Origin: Marsupella aquatica
Lineage: Eukaryota; Plantae; Marchantiophyta
Length of the DNA stretch: 64,000 nt
Assembly (NCBI GenBank): GCA_973895155.1
Contig: OZ316894.1
Coordinates: 23,062,709-23,126,708 of the forward strand
Direction: 5' to 3'
Program-made: the position numbers and the translations under genes
Part shown: positions 38,401-52,944 of the stretch, one piece after another
How the letters are laid out: every line of letters begins with the position of its first letter
Numbering within the stretch: position 1 is the first letter of the stretch
The notes under the pieces: generated by a model
Seen by the model: only the letters and a program-made list of their open reading frames with translations
Database searches by the model: none
Told to the model about the DNA's origin: nothing

Positions 38401-41400
38401 AGAGAGGGTACAAAGCTCATAACCTGTTCTGCACTGTCAGAACGAGCAAAGAAGTTGGCATCACCCGCACTGTTGGCTCTCAGAGGTTGGTACAGTCTAA
38501 TCAACACCGCAAACTTTCCAAGAAAACAGAACTCAAACAGAACCTGTTCACGTTCGCACGAGATCAGATTGACTGATCGAAGAACTCATATATTTTGTGT
38601 GAGCTACAAGACTTGATGGGCCCTATATAGGACTGATAAGAAGGCCTTCCCTGATGTGTCTACGAAATTTTGTCTGGTGAGAAGATCGTGCGATTCTTGT
38701 CCGACTTGAAGCCCCTCATTTACAGGGTGAGTGAGAAGCCTAAGTTGCAGCTGGAGTTGATTGAGCGAGTGATTGAGAAGGCACTGACTGAGAAGCTTGG
38801 ACAAGTACGTTGCTGATTTTGCTTGTGTGTGTTGCTTGTTTCTGCATGTTTGATGCTAGAAATTATTTTGTCACCGGTTATTTGTTTGTTTAGAAAGGGG
38901 GTCTCAAAGCTTTAGATTTGATGGATCTTCACGTAGTTAAGGTACGGACATTAAAAGTTATCGATTACCAAATTCATGACCCAGAACTTTTTGCCATAGC
39001 TGTTGGTGATATGCCTTCAGTTGACCATGTCAGTAGGGAAAATTTTGAGCTCAAATAACACTAATCATGCAGTATTATAACATCAGACTAAAATCAATGA
39101 CTCCTGTGAAAAGAACCTCTAGGAATTTTTCTGAAAGCAAGAATAATGTTTAGTTGGGTTCTCTTGATTTAATGTAGTCTTTGTATATGTTATCTTCCAA
39201 ATGTTAGTGTTCCAATCATAATTATTTTCCCGTGACACAAGATTCATAGTTTCATAGAAAGTTCTTGGGATGGCACCACAAATAATTTGAGCAGATTTCT
39301 ATAACTAATATTAGTACCACTAACTATAGTATAAAATGTACTACTGTAGGGATTTAAACCCACTCAAGAGGTTTTTTTTTTACTTCATTATTTAAATACA
39401 TGTGTTGGAAGTAGCATGGCAACAAATTGGTACGAGAATTGGACTACTATGATTATAATGCAGCCGAATCACAAGGATGACAAGAATCACAAGGATGATA
39501 AGTAAAACAAGCCCACAACTTAGGTTCCAAATCTAGATTACTCTTACAGATCAGATAGATCAGGTTAGAAGACACTTCTATAGGGTACCACTAGCCAGGC
39601 CATGCCTATGCATTGCACAGTTGTCATTGCAGTTATGTCAGTTGTTATGAAGGTATTGTGGTTGAGGAAAATGTCATAGCCAAAGTGTATGTGTAACTGC
39701 CAGCGCCTGTGTAACAAAAGTTTGTAGGGGCCCATCACGTACAAAGTTGTGCCAGGGGTCCCATTAAAAATATGTCTGACCTGTGTAATAACTCTTTTCT
39801 CTACACCAAAAAGCAAAATAATGAACAACCAGCATCACCCCTGTGTCTCCAATATTTCATTGAGTCTATCTGCTAATGATGGTCAGTATCATTGTGAGAC
39901 CCCATAGTCACATCATTTTTCCCCGGTTTTGTTGTGCAAGTGCTTTAATTAGGCCAATTAATTCCAGACCAAATTGACTCGCCTATTTATTTGTGAAACT
40001 CCTTTGGTCTGATCCAGCTAATGAGAGGTCTGGATGCAATTAGCAAGGAGAACACATCCCTGGACTAACATCTCACACAGACTTGTACCAGACTTAGTAA
40101 TCTTCACAAATCTCGTTATCAATAGTTGTTCTATGGGTATTCATCGCTCCCTCAATATTTCAACATGATCATTTCTTCAACCGGGCAAAATCCTGGCCGC
40201 ATTGTGCATGTCTCTTTTTTTAATCCCGGAATATGTTTCTTATTGAACAAAGGAACTCAGAAAGGGTACAAAGCTCAGAACCCGTTGTGCAGTGTCAGAA
40301 CGAGCAAGGAAGCTGGCATCACCTGCAGTGGGCAGGCCTTCCCTCTGTTGGCTCGTACACGTTGGTACAGTCTAATAAACACCTCAGACATTCCAAGAAA
40401 AAGATTGACTGATACAGGGAACTCGTATATTTTGTGCGCGCTACAAGACTTCAGGGGCGCCCAAGTATGCATGAATGATGAGAAGGCCTTGGACTGAGGG
40501 GTCTACGAAATTTGTCGGACAGGAGAATATTTTTGCGATGCTTGTCCGACTTGAAGGGTGAGTGAGAAGCCTGACTTGGAACTGGCGTTGATTGAGAAGG
40601 CATTGACTGAGAAGCTTGTGCAACTGCGCTGCTGATTTTGTTTCTGTGTGTTTCTTGTTTCTGCATGTTTGATACTACAAATCACTATCCTACTGCTTAC
40701 TTGGTGTGTCATTACAAAATTGTTGGCTATTGCAGAAGTTTTGTCTTTGCATTCAATCTATGTTGTCACATGACCCGAAAAGATGGTATTATTATGCAAG
40801 TGGTAGTACGGAATGAAAGGCACAAAGTGGGTAGGGAGAGTCACGCAGAAATAAATTAACTTCCCCTGACTGTCTATTTATTTATACTTTCCAATGGTTG
40901 TCTCCACTTCTTCTCCCTTTGGATTATTTTCCCATTCTGCTATTCTCACCCCTCCCCTCCCCTTTGTTCCCCTTTTCCCTGTCCCGCCACATATCTAGCA
41001 GTGGGTACTCCATTAATACTAGTACACCTTAGTAAAGGATTACCCCATCAGAGTACATCCATGTCCCACTTGCATAATTAGTTATTAATAATCATGGCTC
41101 TGAGTGTGAAGCATTAGATCATCACACTAGGGTAGTGAGAGATTTCCAGTTCGTAGTTTTGTTCTTTACTGATTTTGGGTTTTGCTTCTCCCTTGAGGCC
41201 AGCCTGCCTTTGCTCTATTTGGACCTCTTTTGCTTTCCCTTCATTGTGCTGTGTGTGGTCGTTTTCCTAAAAATAAATAGTTTATGTAGATATTTAATTT
41301 TTTGTACTTTTTACTCCATCATACTTTGTTTGGCCCATATACTTTGTATACACTAAAGTCCTGTTTAAAGGGCACTATGGGATATAATGCCCCAGCAAAA

Positions 41401-41819
41401 GAGAGCTTCAGCTCCATTTTTGAGGGGCTATAATTGTCCAAATGCTCTGGAAATAGGACATTTAACTACACTTAAAATCCTGAGAGGATTTTTTATCTTT
41501 AGTAAAAGGAGAGGAGAAGTGTTGCCCTTATTAGGAGGGGGCACTCTCGGGCTCAACTACCATAAGAAAACCCGGTATGGAGGTTGTCCAAATGTTGGAC
41601 CTCGAGGTGTATTTTGGGGATTATGGCAGTGAGAGGGATGAGTTTGTCACCACACAATGGAACTGAGGAGCACGAGGACAAAGTTGGGCGATCCTCACTG
41701 GTACAAAGTATTCACTGCCTTCCTGTTTGAGCAAACATAAGAGTTTGTGAACTGTAACTTCTTGTCAAATACTGACCAAAAGTTTGTCCTCTATAACGCA
41801 GATGATTCTTGAAGAGCAA

Positions 41820-44800
41820 TGTCGAGAGAATACATGATCTTCGGGAGGTCGCCATAATTATATACTCTACAGGCAGCGACTCTTTGCCAAAACTCTTCAG
41901 AAGCAAGTCTCTACTGCAGTCATAATTGTCGTCAACTCCAACAAACATTCGTTCCCAGTTGGCCATGTTGGGAGTAGCTCCCATTGCGATTATTATGAAG
42001 TTTCTATCAGTAAGCTTCCGTGAATTCCCAATCTGCAGCTTCCATTCAGTACTTGACGATTCTGACGAACAAACCTGATTGATTTAGATGGAATTGATTC
42101 AAGTGACGAAACTGACGAAAAAAACTGACAAAACTGATTTGGACGATTTTGATTGTAACGAGATTGATTAGAATCTAAGAATTGCACCTCAATAGAAATT
42201 TGTCCGGCGCATTCGTACAAATCTATGGACGTTGCAGAAATTTCTATCTAAATTCCCGACATTGCTGCTGAATCAACAATCGTTCAGCTTTAGCCGAAAA
42301 CCTGCACCCCATTAATTCTGACCAATTTTTTTAGTTCAAATCGATGTCCTATACTTATGTAAGGTATGCTTGTTTGAGGCTCGTCTAAGACCTGGCTCAT
42401 CGCAGCAGCAAATGAATATTCTTGTGATCTGGGAATGAATGGTGCTCTCGGAAAAAAATGGGGAGTCTAGACAGGCTCGACAATCGCGATTAACTGTAGA
42501 ATCTCAGAATCTTGCAGCTTCTATCTAAAATCGCTGCTTCAACGTAATCGCTAGCATTGCCTTAATCTTTGAACTTCTGCATCACTAGTAACGAGGATCC
42601 AATTCAACGGGATTTCTACTTGAAGGGTTTGGACTCATTGTATTTATCTATCAACACCAACTAAAAAGCAGCCCCAACCCTGAGTGGGTAATCTCTTCAA
42701 AGAGTAGTTGATGGTAAGGTGTCGACTATTGTATAATCTCTTCAATATACAGATCCAGTAACCCAAAAACCCAGTTCCTAAAATCTTGAGTTTTTGAAAT
42801 CTGGATAGCGTTCGGGACAGCTAAAATCTGGAGTTTCTGAAATCCTGATAGGGTTTGGGACAACGGATCCAGCTTGCACTAAACCAGGTGTTGCATTCCT
42901 TGATAAGAGTACACCCTAAAAAGTGCACTTATTGACAAGTGTATATGATGTATATCCATTGTTAAATAGGCCCCTTTGTGACTGAGCAGCCTCTTACCTT
43001 GTATCCTTACCCTAAATTATGTGTCCAAACTCCCTAAGTGCATATTGGATCTACACAGAATGGGCATGCAGTATTCAGTAGATGCAATTTATTGGATCGT
43101 GCATTTACCGATAAATGCATATTGACGCTTATCAAGGGCAAGGGCTTAGAAAGTTGTCTGGACCAGTTGGTACCTCCTGCCCCATCCTGCATGGAACCTA
43201 CTGTAGCTCGTAGGTTTACTAGTCCACAAACTCTAGTGTCTTCGGAGATCCTTGAGAAGACTTGGGGATCGTGAGGGAGATCACACAAGTGTGTGGGAGA
43301 CAGAGCTCTTCAAAGGGAATATTTTACTGAAAAAGCGAACATCACAAACTATGCTAGAATCGCACAAATCTCTAATTGCAGCTTCGGCGATTCTTCACTC
43401 ACAACTTCCCAGCCTCTGAAATTGGTCACCCTCATTAAACAGTCGATGAGAATTTGCGGCAATGTTGACAATAGGGCATACTACCTACTTAACATACAAA
43501 CTCATTTTCAAAGCATGGTGTGAGCTATATTCGGATTATCCAATTGTGAAATTGCATCTTTGTCACCACAACCTCAATCCTGCCGTCAGTTGAATGTAGG
43601 GCAGGCCCACATTTTCACCCGATGCAATATCAGTAACTCAGCAGGTGCAGTACGTAGGTAAGCATGCAATCTCTCACTCGTTGATGCCCACAGAAAGAAA
43701 TGCATGACATGAACTCGTCAAGAAAAAGCTGGAATTACTGACAATACGGCATCTGCTCGAGTCCATCCATCAAAGTCCTCTGAATTTGTCCGACTTACCT
43801 TTTCCCTTTTCCACAGAGGAAAAGTTGACAATTCCTCCTGAACTGCACCTGATAAGAGCGTGGCTGATGATCACCATGATGACGGCCAGGGTCTTTGTCT
43901 GGACCAACGACGGAGTCCAAATCGCAGCCGTCCCATGCATGTGAAAAAGGTGCACCAGAATTTGCACCAAATAAGAGTTGGACGAGTTGTCACTTACACC
44001 GATGGTCCGAGAGGACTCGTACGTAGCGGGCTCCAGCTTTGGGAGAAAAGGGTAGTGGAATTAGAGCTGCAACAGCTGCTGTTGTGGCATACTAACCCCA
44101 TTGATCGATGTCACAACACAAACAGAGCCAGGCCACGACACGGAGGTTTACTCGACAGGTGCTGCCCTTATTAAAATGAAAACTCTCCACCTCCATTACC
44201 ATATGACAACCCTGTATGGAGGCTTTCCAAATGTTGCATCTCGAGGTGTCAGTTGGGATTGTGGCAATGAGGAGGATGAGTCTGTCACACACAATGGAAG
44301 TGAGGTGCATTGGGACAAAATTGGGCGATCCTCACTAATACAAAGTATCACTACCTTCCTGTTTGAGTAAACATGAACGTTTGTTGGAAGTTCTTGCAGA
44401 TGCTGACCAAACGTTTGTCCTCCATAACGCATATGACTCTTGAAGAGCAATGTTCTACTCCCCCTTTCTCTTCTCAAATTTGCCTATGTTATCCAGTGTC
44501 TCTACGACCATCTACCTAGTCTCAGACAAATTCTCAAAAGACATCCTTACTTTCTCCTGACTCGAGACAATCAATTTTCAATGTGGAACGAAGTAGCACT
44601 CAGTAGACTTCGAAGCTGGCTAGAATTCGATTGGACATGCAGGATGAAAACGCTAGTAATTCTCTCGGAATGCAATTAACTCTCGAGAGAAAACATGCTC
44701 TTCTCTGCACGGGAGGTTGGCATAATTATGTACTCTACAGGTAGTGACTCTCTCATGAAACCCGACAGTAGGAAGTGCCTACCGCAACAATCATTGTCTT

Positions 44801-45660
44801 CAAATTCCATTTTCCAACAAAACATTCTTTGCCCAGTCGGCCATGTCATCATTGGATCCCACAGTCGATCATTGTGAAGCTTCCATCAATAAGCGTCCCT
44901 AGTAATGAATTCCCAATCTGCAGCTTCGATGCAGTACTTGACGATTTTGACGAACAGCATAATTGGTTTGAATTCAATGAAATTGACGAAATAAACAAAC
45001 CTGATTCACACGTAGTTTGAATTCAATGAAATTGACAAAATTGCTAAACTTGATTTGATCACACATATTTGAATTGATTGAAACAAGATTGATTCAAATA
45101 AAAAAAATGGACCGATGGAATTGACATATTTTGTTGAGATGAAATTGCTTGGAATCGAAAGAAATTGACGGATGGAGTTGACGTAATTGGTTGAAACATA
45201 TTGAGAGGAGCATAATTCTTGATCCATGTAAATTCGTGAGTAGACTTTTGGAAATCGAAAGTTTGTTCCGACAAGTTCGTTCAAGTCTATGCACGTTGCA
45301 GACATTTCTATCTCTACAAGTAGCAACTCTCTGAGTAAAGGAAGTCCCCACTGCAGTCATAATTGTCGCTAAATTCCATTTCCAACAGAACATTCTTTCC
45401 CCAGTTGGCCATGTTGGGATCGAGTGGCTCCCATAGTCGATTATCTGAAATTTCTATCACTAATCTTCCATAGTACTTCCCAATCTCCAGCTCCCATTCA
45501 GTATTTGGCGATTTGACGAACAGGCCTGATTGATTTAGATGACATCATTTCAATTCACAAAATTGATAAAACTGATTCGGAGGTATGCGATTGAAACCAA
45601 TTGATTCCAAATCGAAGAAATGGACCCATGGAATTGACTGAATTGATTGAGAGGGGAAAA
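41820..45660 (+). pseudogene. Second long copy of the decayed LRR-like remnant / duplicated spacer
   Basis: Collinear with 445-3600 (shared CTCGAGACAATCAATTTTCAATGTGGAACGA, GAATTCCCAATCTGCAGCTTC and others), then with 32990-33300. Confidence 0.45.
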
Positions 45661-46600
45661 TTTCTTGGATCAATATACATGTTCTTCATCCATATTTTCA
45701 GTGTAAATTAGTGAGTAGACTATTATATGTATTCCAAAGAGTGTAACTAAGTTAGCAAGTGGGACATGCATGGATGTCCTCTAAGGGAACAAGCCCATGC
45801 TGACTATTGCTAGACACGAAAAGAGAAAGATTAGATGTTTTCCTTAAGAGCGTTATGGCAGTTGTTTAGATTGGAGCCTTTTTCAAAACTTTCAATGTGA
45901 TGAAACCTAGCTAGGCTCTCTAGATCTTTCTCCACTGACTAGGCTCTTTCAAAAGAGTCACCCTGGAGTGTTCAAGTTCAATGCAAAAGCTATCTTTCCC
46001 ACATCTATCTTCTTGGAGCCCTCACAAGAAGATTGTCCCACATATTTAAAATAAAGCCATTCCACATAACCAGATTCGGCTGGAAATACATATCCCAATT
46101 CTGCTCCAGAGAAATTCATCGCTCCTACTAATACCGGTACCCGAAGTCCTTCCTGCTTATTTAATTGATTTCAATTGACTCGTTCGTCGGACTACCGGGA
46201 AAATTCAGTTGATCATCGTCGGACTATTAAGTCAGAGATTGACATGAGATTAAAATTTGACCATTAGATCAATAGCAACCTACCTCATCGAGGATTCAAT
46301 GGCATCAGTTCCATTGAGGAATGCACATCACCACAAAAGTAGAGACAGAGAGAAAAATATCAAGCCTTCAGGCAATCTCTACATCATTCTCCAAGACTAG
46401 AGCAAAATTCTTTGTGAAGTACTGAGCGAAGCACAAAACTTTATTGGAGGTGAGAACTGTGTCTCAAAGACACTACAAAAGCGGCCAGTCTCATATTTCA
46501 CTCTCATTGGTGTGTTTAGATATAGGACTGTATCTATCCCAGGTCTCTGTTTATTTGCCAAATGCAGTTTTTCAATTGTTGAATCTCCTCCTGACTCTTT

Positions 46601-49600
46601 TCATTTTCCCCTTACCCAATTCCAGGTCTCCTCTATCAATTCGCCAAATGCAGAAACTTTGCTCCTCACCCATGCAGAAGTAATTCCCCTTTGGAGAAGA
46701 ACAGATGTTACATCATAGATTTTCCTGACCCACCTAGTTCTAGGAAAAATAATACCAAGCAATCGAATAAACAGCAGCAGAAACCCTATCAGACAAATTG
46801 CTCCACCTATGGAAGCTGTGATAATTGTCAGATTTCCTCCCAGTGATGATATACCATTAGCACTTATCACAACTATAGAACCTGCAGCAAAAGCCAAAAG
46901 TATACATACAATGGATGGGAAAAGGGTTGCAACTGCCAAGATGATCATCCCCCGAGTTTTTTCTAATTCAGCTGCCATTGGCTGTTGTGGCATTGGGAGT
47001 GCCGGAATCAGAGAAAAAGTAATGGCAGCAACTGCTAGATAGAAGGACAGTGTATCACAAACTATAAAAATTCTCACCCATATGTACCTGGCTTGTATTT
47101 GATTAGGCCCATCTCCACCACTATAGCCAAGTGGGGGTTGCAATGGTCCCACATACGATGCTGTTGCAACCAATGTTGCCATGACTGAGATTGCATTTGT
47201 AGCAAAACTCATGCCAGTTTGACTTGCAGTAAACTCCTTCAATTGCCTGTCGTACCACCATGAAAGGAACTTCTCATCGGTGCTCAAGCTACCTTTTGGA
47301 TATGGAGCTTGCCCATCCTCGTCAACTTTGAAGAGATCACATCCACACTGCAACAAGAGGTTGATGCATCCTTGTCTCTCAACAATGGTACTCTCATATG
47401 CTGGAGGCCCCAGATAATTTGGTCGAATGTACTTGACATTCACAAAGTCAAGTAAATGACCCTCAATTCTGATATATCTAGGGGCCAGGACAGCATGAAG
47501 AACAGTACGTTTGGCGGTGTCTTCAATGTATGGATCACATATTTTGGACTCTATAAAAGCTTTCAAGAGCTCATAGTTACCAGAACTTGCGGCAACATGC
47601 ATGGTTGGCCAACCAAGTAGATTGCCTCTGGCCAGTTCTCCAGCTAGCCATCCATATTCAAAATTTTGCCAGCTTTTATCAACAGTTGCCCCGGGGGGCT
47701 GTTCAGCAAACTAGAACACAAACAAGATTCTACAAGTTCATTATTACATCCAGCATGGATACAAATTTAGGGAAACCATGCACTAAACTTTAGACCCATA
47801 TCTTATAGTTTTTAGTTGACTGTTCAATCTGTGAATATGAAAGTATTCAAAGAAGGTGCCATTTGCAACCGGTCACACAGCCCAAAATTGTCAACCATAA
47901 TAACTTAAAAGAGCTATCAAAGTCCCTCACAATTGCAATAAGCCAGAGTGGATAAACGTTTGGTACTTACATCAAGTAGTCGTTTCACCATGCCCACTTC
48001 ACCTGTCAGAGTGGCAAGCTCTAGCGCATCTAACGCGACGAGCCAACCACTTTTGAGTGAACACCAGAATGGCTTATCCTGTGCGGAGCATGTTTCGCTT
48101 CCGTACCAGAGTGCTGGGCTTCGGTGCATGATTGCGCTGTGGAGAGGGGTTATATCCATTTCGATTTCTCTATGCCCTGTAAAGCCATTCTGGACTGACA
48201 GAGAATTCAATTCTTCATCAGCCAGATCTATCCCTCGCCGTTTCCAACCGAGGAAGGGATCCATGGGCTGTTGCCAAAGCCCACCGTATGCCCTGGTATG
48301 TCGTTGTAGGTCGAAAATTCCAGGAGAATCTATTCTGTGGCGTCTGCCCTCGTCGCCCAACCACAGGTGGTATTGTATGAGGCCTAAGACCGCCCCATCC
48401 TCGTTGCCTAGTACGACAGCTCGGTGCCAAACCGTTCTTCCTAAACCATCAGGTGCCTTTATTGCAAGTTCAAAAACTTCCACTGCCGCTTGAACTCTTA
48501 TACTCAGCGATAGGTCGTGGAAAGCTGATATTGATCCCTCATCCACCGCAACATGCAATGGGGTTCTCCCCTGCGCATCATGGAGCTTCAAGAGAGACTG
48601 CCAAAGAGGTTCTTCCCCTGGTTGAGCCGGGTACTGCCAAACCTCCCGCCACAAGTACTTTATAAGGAGCTGTGCTTTTCTCGAAGAGCTCCCCTGACAT
48701 CGCTTGGTGAATAGAAAGTGAAACAGGTACTCTGACACTCGCTCTTTCCAGAGATCAAAATCCCAGAAGAGGAAATTGAATTCTCGGTCGTCCATCCAGG
48801 CATCGAAAATACTTTGGTAGAGTCTGAGAGAAGCAGGGTCTCCTTTGATCCTCTCTACAACTCCTTCTGTGATTTCCCTTAGTTGGTCCCTGTGGAGGTC
48901 AATCAGGGAATCGCTCCATGTTTTGGGCCCAATCCGGGAAGCGCTCGGTGTCTTGGTAAAGAGTAAAGCAAGGACATCGACGTTTCCGTTTACTACTGCC
49001 ACTCCTAGTGCGTCGAACTCGCGAGCAGGTCCAGAGTACATATACTTTGCACCTATCAACTCATCAAAATCGAGGACTGGGCGCTCGTGTATTTCGTTCA
49101 GCTCGGCAAGATCAGTCTTGAATTTTAGAAAATGACTACGAGTCCCTCTGTCCGGTGCCACGCGTATAGCATCATCTTGAGAATTAGAAGGATCTCCACC
49201 GCTGTTTTCGGTCTTATCATCTGCCTTAGCAGTCCGAACCTGGTCTGGGGCCACTGTGGGTGCGTCTTCGTTGCCACTCGAAGCATTGATTCCCTCGTCT
49301 GTTGAAGACTTGACTCCTTGCTTATCCATTTCCGACTTATCACCGAGGATGTCTTCTTCTGTGTAGAACTTGAGAACTTGCTCCACAATTTCGACGCAGC
49401 CTCTGCTTACACCCAGATGAAGCACAGCTAACGCCCGCTCTTTCAAGAGGCTCGAATCGTCTTTCAAGAGTCGCATGACCTTAATACAATCACCAGCCAA
49501 GTCCTTCAGTTCCGCGTCAAGTTCGTCCTTCAGCGACTTACCGCCTGTGCGTTTTGCCGGATCTGTGTCCAGATGAAGGAGAGCTGCCCGCCGATCGTTC

Positions 49601-49680
49601 AATAGGCTCGAATCGTCGTTCAAGCTCCGCCTCATCTCAAGGAGACAATCGCCATCCCAGTCCTTGAATTCAGAGTCCAT
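46601..49680 (-). CDS. Ankyrin-repeat/PGG-type transmembrane protein, copy 3, open frame (935 aa)
   Basis: join(49680-47971, 47698-46601) with a phase-0 GT-AG intron (GAT|GTAAGT ... AACAG|CCC); exon lengths are 1710+1098 bp. The paralogs' first ATG is mutated to AGG here (~49729), so translation would start at the next Met. Confidence 0.87.
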
Positions 49681-50180
49681 TTCCGCCTTTCAGCGCCTCA
49701 CGACCCGTGTGATCTAGCGAATCTGCCCTGAAATCTGAAGAAATGGAGTGGAAGAAAGTTGTGCGTCGTGATGAGAGGGCCCAATTCAGATTGTACCATT
49801 CGGCTCTCCCGCATAGGACTGTAGGAGCCGGAGGCAAGTCTGAGACAGGGTAGTGAAGGACGGGGAATTCGGAGTTTCGATGTTTGAACACAGCACATTC
49901 TTCGTGGCTCGTTCAGTGCTGCGCTTGCGAAATTGAGTTGTTCCATCTCGAGACTGGCTCGAGAAATATGCTGTCTTCCTGTTACGTACCTCAGGACTTG
50001 TCGAGCCCCAGTTCTGATGTGCCGAAATTCCTCTCTATTGAAAATGCTTGCCATTGAGTGTCATCCATCAGGTGTCGATATTCGTGTTGACTCACGGTCC
50101 ATCACGTGCCTACATTTCTCTCGCAGCTAAAAGACGAAACTAGTTGAATTGGCCCCTCTAGTATCATTCAGGGAGACGAT

Positions 50181-51064
50181 TCCCTGTTTTGTCATTAAAT
50201 GCGCCTCGGTTCTCCCCCACACCACAAAGGAAGACTGCTCATTTAAAGACTTGTTTAGTCATTAAATGCACCTCGGTTTTGCCCCACACACAAAGGAAGA
50301 CTGCTCATTTTTGTGTTCCATTTCAGTTTCAGGTCAGCCTTTTTGGATCCCCTCCCATCCCATGCCTGGGCATCCCTTCAAACTCCACCCTTTTGGTAGC
50401 CCCTTTATTTCTATATTTTTATTTTAATGGGTTTTCTGGCCCGCTCTTGGTAGTTCGTCAGATTTCTTGGGACTGTATTTTGAAAGTTTGAAACATGGGA
50501 ATAAAATCCAAGACCAATATAAGGCAGAGAGTCGCCACCAATGGCAAGAAGAACTAAAGGGCCCTGCAAACATATTTTTTTTCAGGCAGGAATTCAAGGA
50601 TGTCCAAAAGAGTGTGGTTGCATTGAGGTCTCTTTTGTAGGGTTGCAATAAACTAACATTGTCTCAGATTTCAACTCAGAAAAGAATTATCTGGTTGAAA
50701 GAGAATGTATATGTCACATTTCCAAAGAACAAAAAATGTCAAACCAGGAAACAGGATATCAAAGACAAGAGACCCAATAAAGGGGTGAAAACATTAGCCT
50801 AACCTCTGTAAGATGAAAGAGCCAAAATAAGCCTGAGTCCAAACAACTGCAAAAATGACTAAAATAACTACAACCCTACAGAAAGAAATTTCTGGCATGA
50901 ATCAAAGGATATCAACAAGTCTGGTTTGGTTGAGAAATGGAGTTGGGAAAAGACAAAGAAAGGAATTCACAGCGGAAACTAAAATATCACAAAAAGGCCG
51001 GTAAAATACTTGATGGGGCCCCTCTAGGTAGAGAACTGAAGTGCATTTAATGACAAAACAGGGA
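50181..51064. mobile_element. MITE-like element with ~34-bp TIRs
   Basis: TCCCTGTTTTGTCATTAAATGCGCCTCGGTTCTC at 50181 pairs with GAGAACTGAAGTGCATTTAATGACAAAACAGGGA ending at 51064. A subterminal repeat lies at 50258. No clear TSD. Confidence 0.72.
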
Positions 51065-52769
51065 CAAAGACCAACATCTTGTGGACTTGATGGACAACAA
51101 AGATGGACTCACAATTTGACCAGATCCTTCTGCTAATCTCCCATCAGAAATCCAAAAAGCATAGGGTCCACCTCCGCTACACCGGGCACCACTACTTGAC
51201 TCAGGCCACCACAAAACCTACAAAATTTTTATTTTTGATTAAATCTAATATTTGGATAATGAAATGAATTTTATTTGAGATGAAAATTGTTTGTAACATC
51301 TCTATAAGTCCAAGCTACATACTCAGGAAAATTGAGACTTTTCAAATATCTCCTAACACTCACATTTTACATACTCAAAAATCTAGAGTGTCACTCATCC
51401 TTTTCTTTCAGTCATTTGTTTCACAGAAGCATAATACTTTTGTGTTTCATTTAGGAAGTTTTTGTTAACTTGTTTGAAGAAGGTACCCACACTGTTTCCC
51501 GTAATTAATTATATCATAACTTTTTTTTACTCTCCCCTGTCTAAATAGTCTCACACACTGACTAGTAAGGGTGTGATTATATATATATATATTAATTATA
51601 ATTAATCTCTTGTAGATTAAAAATAATCTTTCACTGAAAAATAAGTGTTTGCTTTTTTTATTCATAACCTGGGGTTTCAATTCCCATACTTTAATAAAGT
51701 TTGAAGTTTAACTGGCATTTATTATTTACATTATAAGCCCTTGAAAATACATCATATTACCTAGAGATTAAATGTTGTACTTTTCATGTGTTACACACAC
51801 CTTCATTCAGTGTTCATCACACATTATTTGCATGTCATGGGAAATAATCTCACTTTTTTTTTGATTGAGAAGAACACATTTACTCTCACTTCTCATATAG
51901 TGTGTGTCTTACACATTAATTATGGTCATGGGAAGTAATCTCACTTTTTTTTAATTGAGAATAACACATTTATTCTCACTTCTTATATAGTCTGTGTCTC
52001 ACACGTTAATTATGGTGACATCCATCACAAACCTTTGTTTCTTAGAAATACCATGTGTGAGACTACTTACGATAATCAGTCTGTATAGCTCAGTTTTGGA
52101 TCCAACTTGATCTTACTAGGTACCTCAAGAAAAGTGCACAATTGGAGATGGGAGCTGCCTTGTAAAATGTGAAGTCAAATGAGGATATAGTATTGAGTGT
52201 GGGAGGTGTCCAAAGCATCCCAACAATTTTTTAGCAAGTAGATCTAACATTAGAGATCACACCAAATAATTTTCAGCTTGAGTGGAAATCATCTAGTCAT
52301 CCAAGGATATACTGAGGTTAATTAAAAATTATCATTTTGAGACGTCCTGAGTCAAGTAGTGGTGCCCGGTGTAGGGGTGACCCTATATACCATATTTTGA
52401 TGTGCAGTTACTCGACCTGAAGAACTAGTAGAAATCCAGAGAATCCAGGAGGGAGGCTGCACCATTCGTGTATTGCATCCGATATTGATGAAGGTGCCCT
52501 GATGGACCCAACCCTTCATGGATAATGAACTGACAGACTCCAACAAAAGATTGGCAACCGGACCATGAAAACATGCTTGGAGCTGCCCAAACAGACAAGG
52601 GTTGGAACGTTAGCATTCAATAACTAAGAATATGCTTGACAACATCCCATGCTATACTGCCAGATACCCTAGAGCAGATCCAGCTATATGACTGTTGCTA
52701 ATACTAGATGTAAATGTATTCCTAAGACAAGGAAAGCCGTTAGGGGTCCGGTAAATACTCATCTATTGT

Positions 52770-52775
<6 letters not shown>

Positions 52776-52812
<37 letters not shown>
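52776..52812. repeat. (GA)n microsatellite
   Basis: About 18 uninterrupted AG units. Confidence 0.98.
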
Positions 52813-52816
<4 letters not shown>

Positions 52817-52944
52817 TGCAACTTTTGTCTAATAAGAGTAATGAATCTGGATACAGGACACAACAAATGATAAGAGAGGACAGAAACTTAACTAATCTTA
52901 CTTATAAAGCATCAATTACAAGCTAGAGTTGGGGCCGAAACTCT

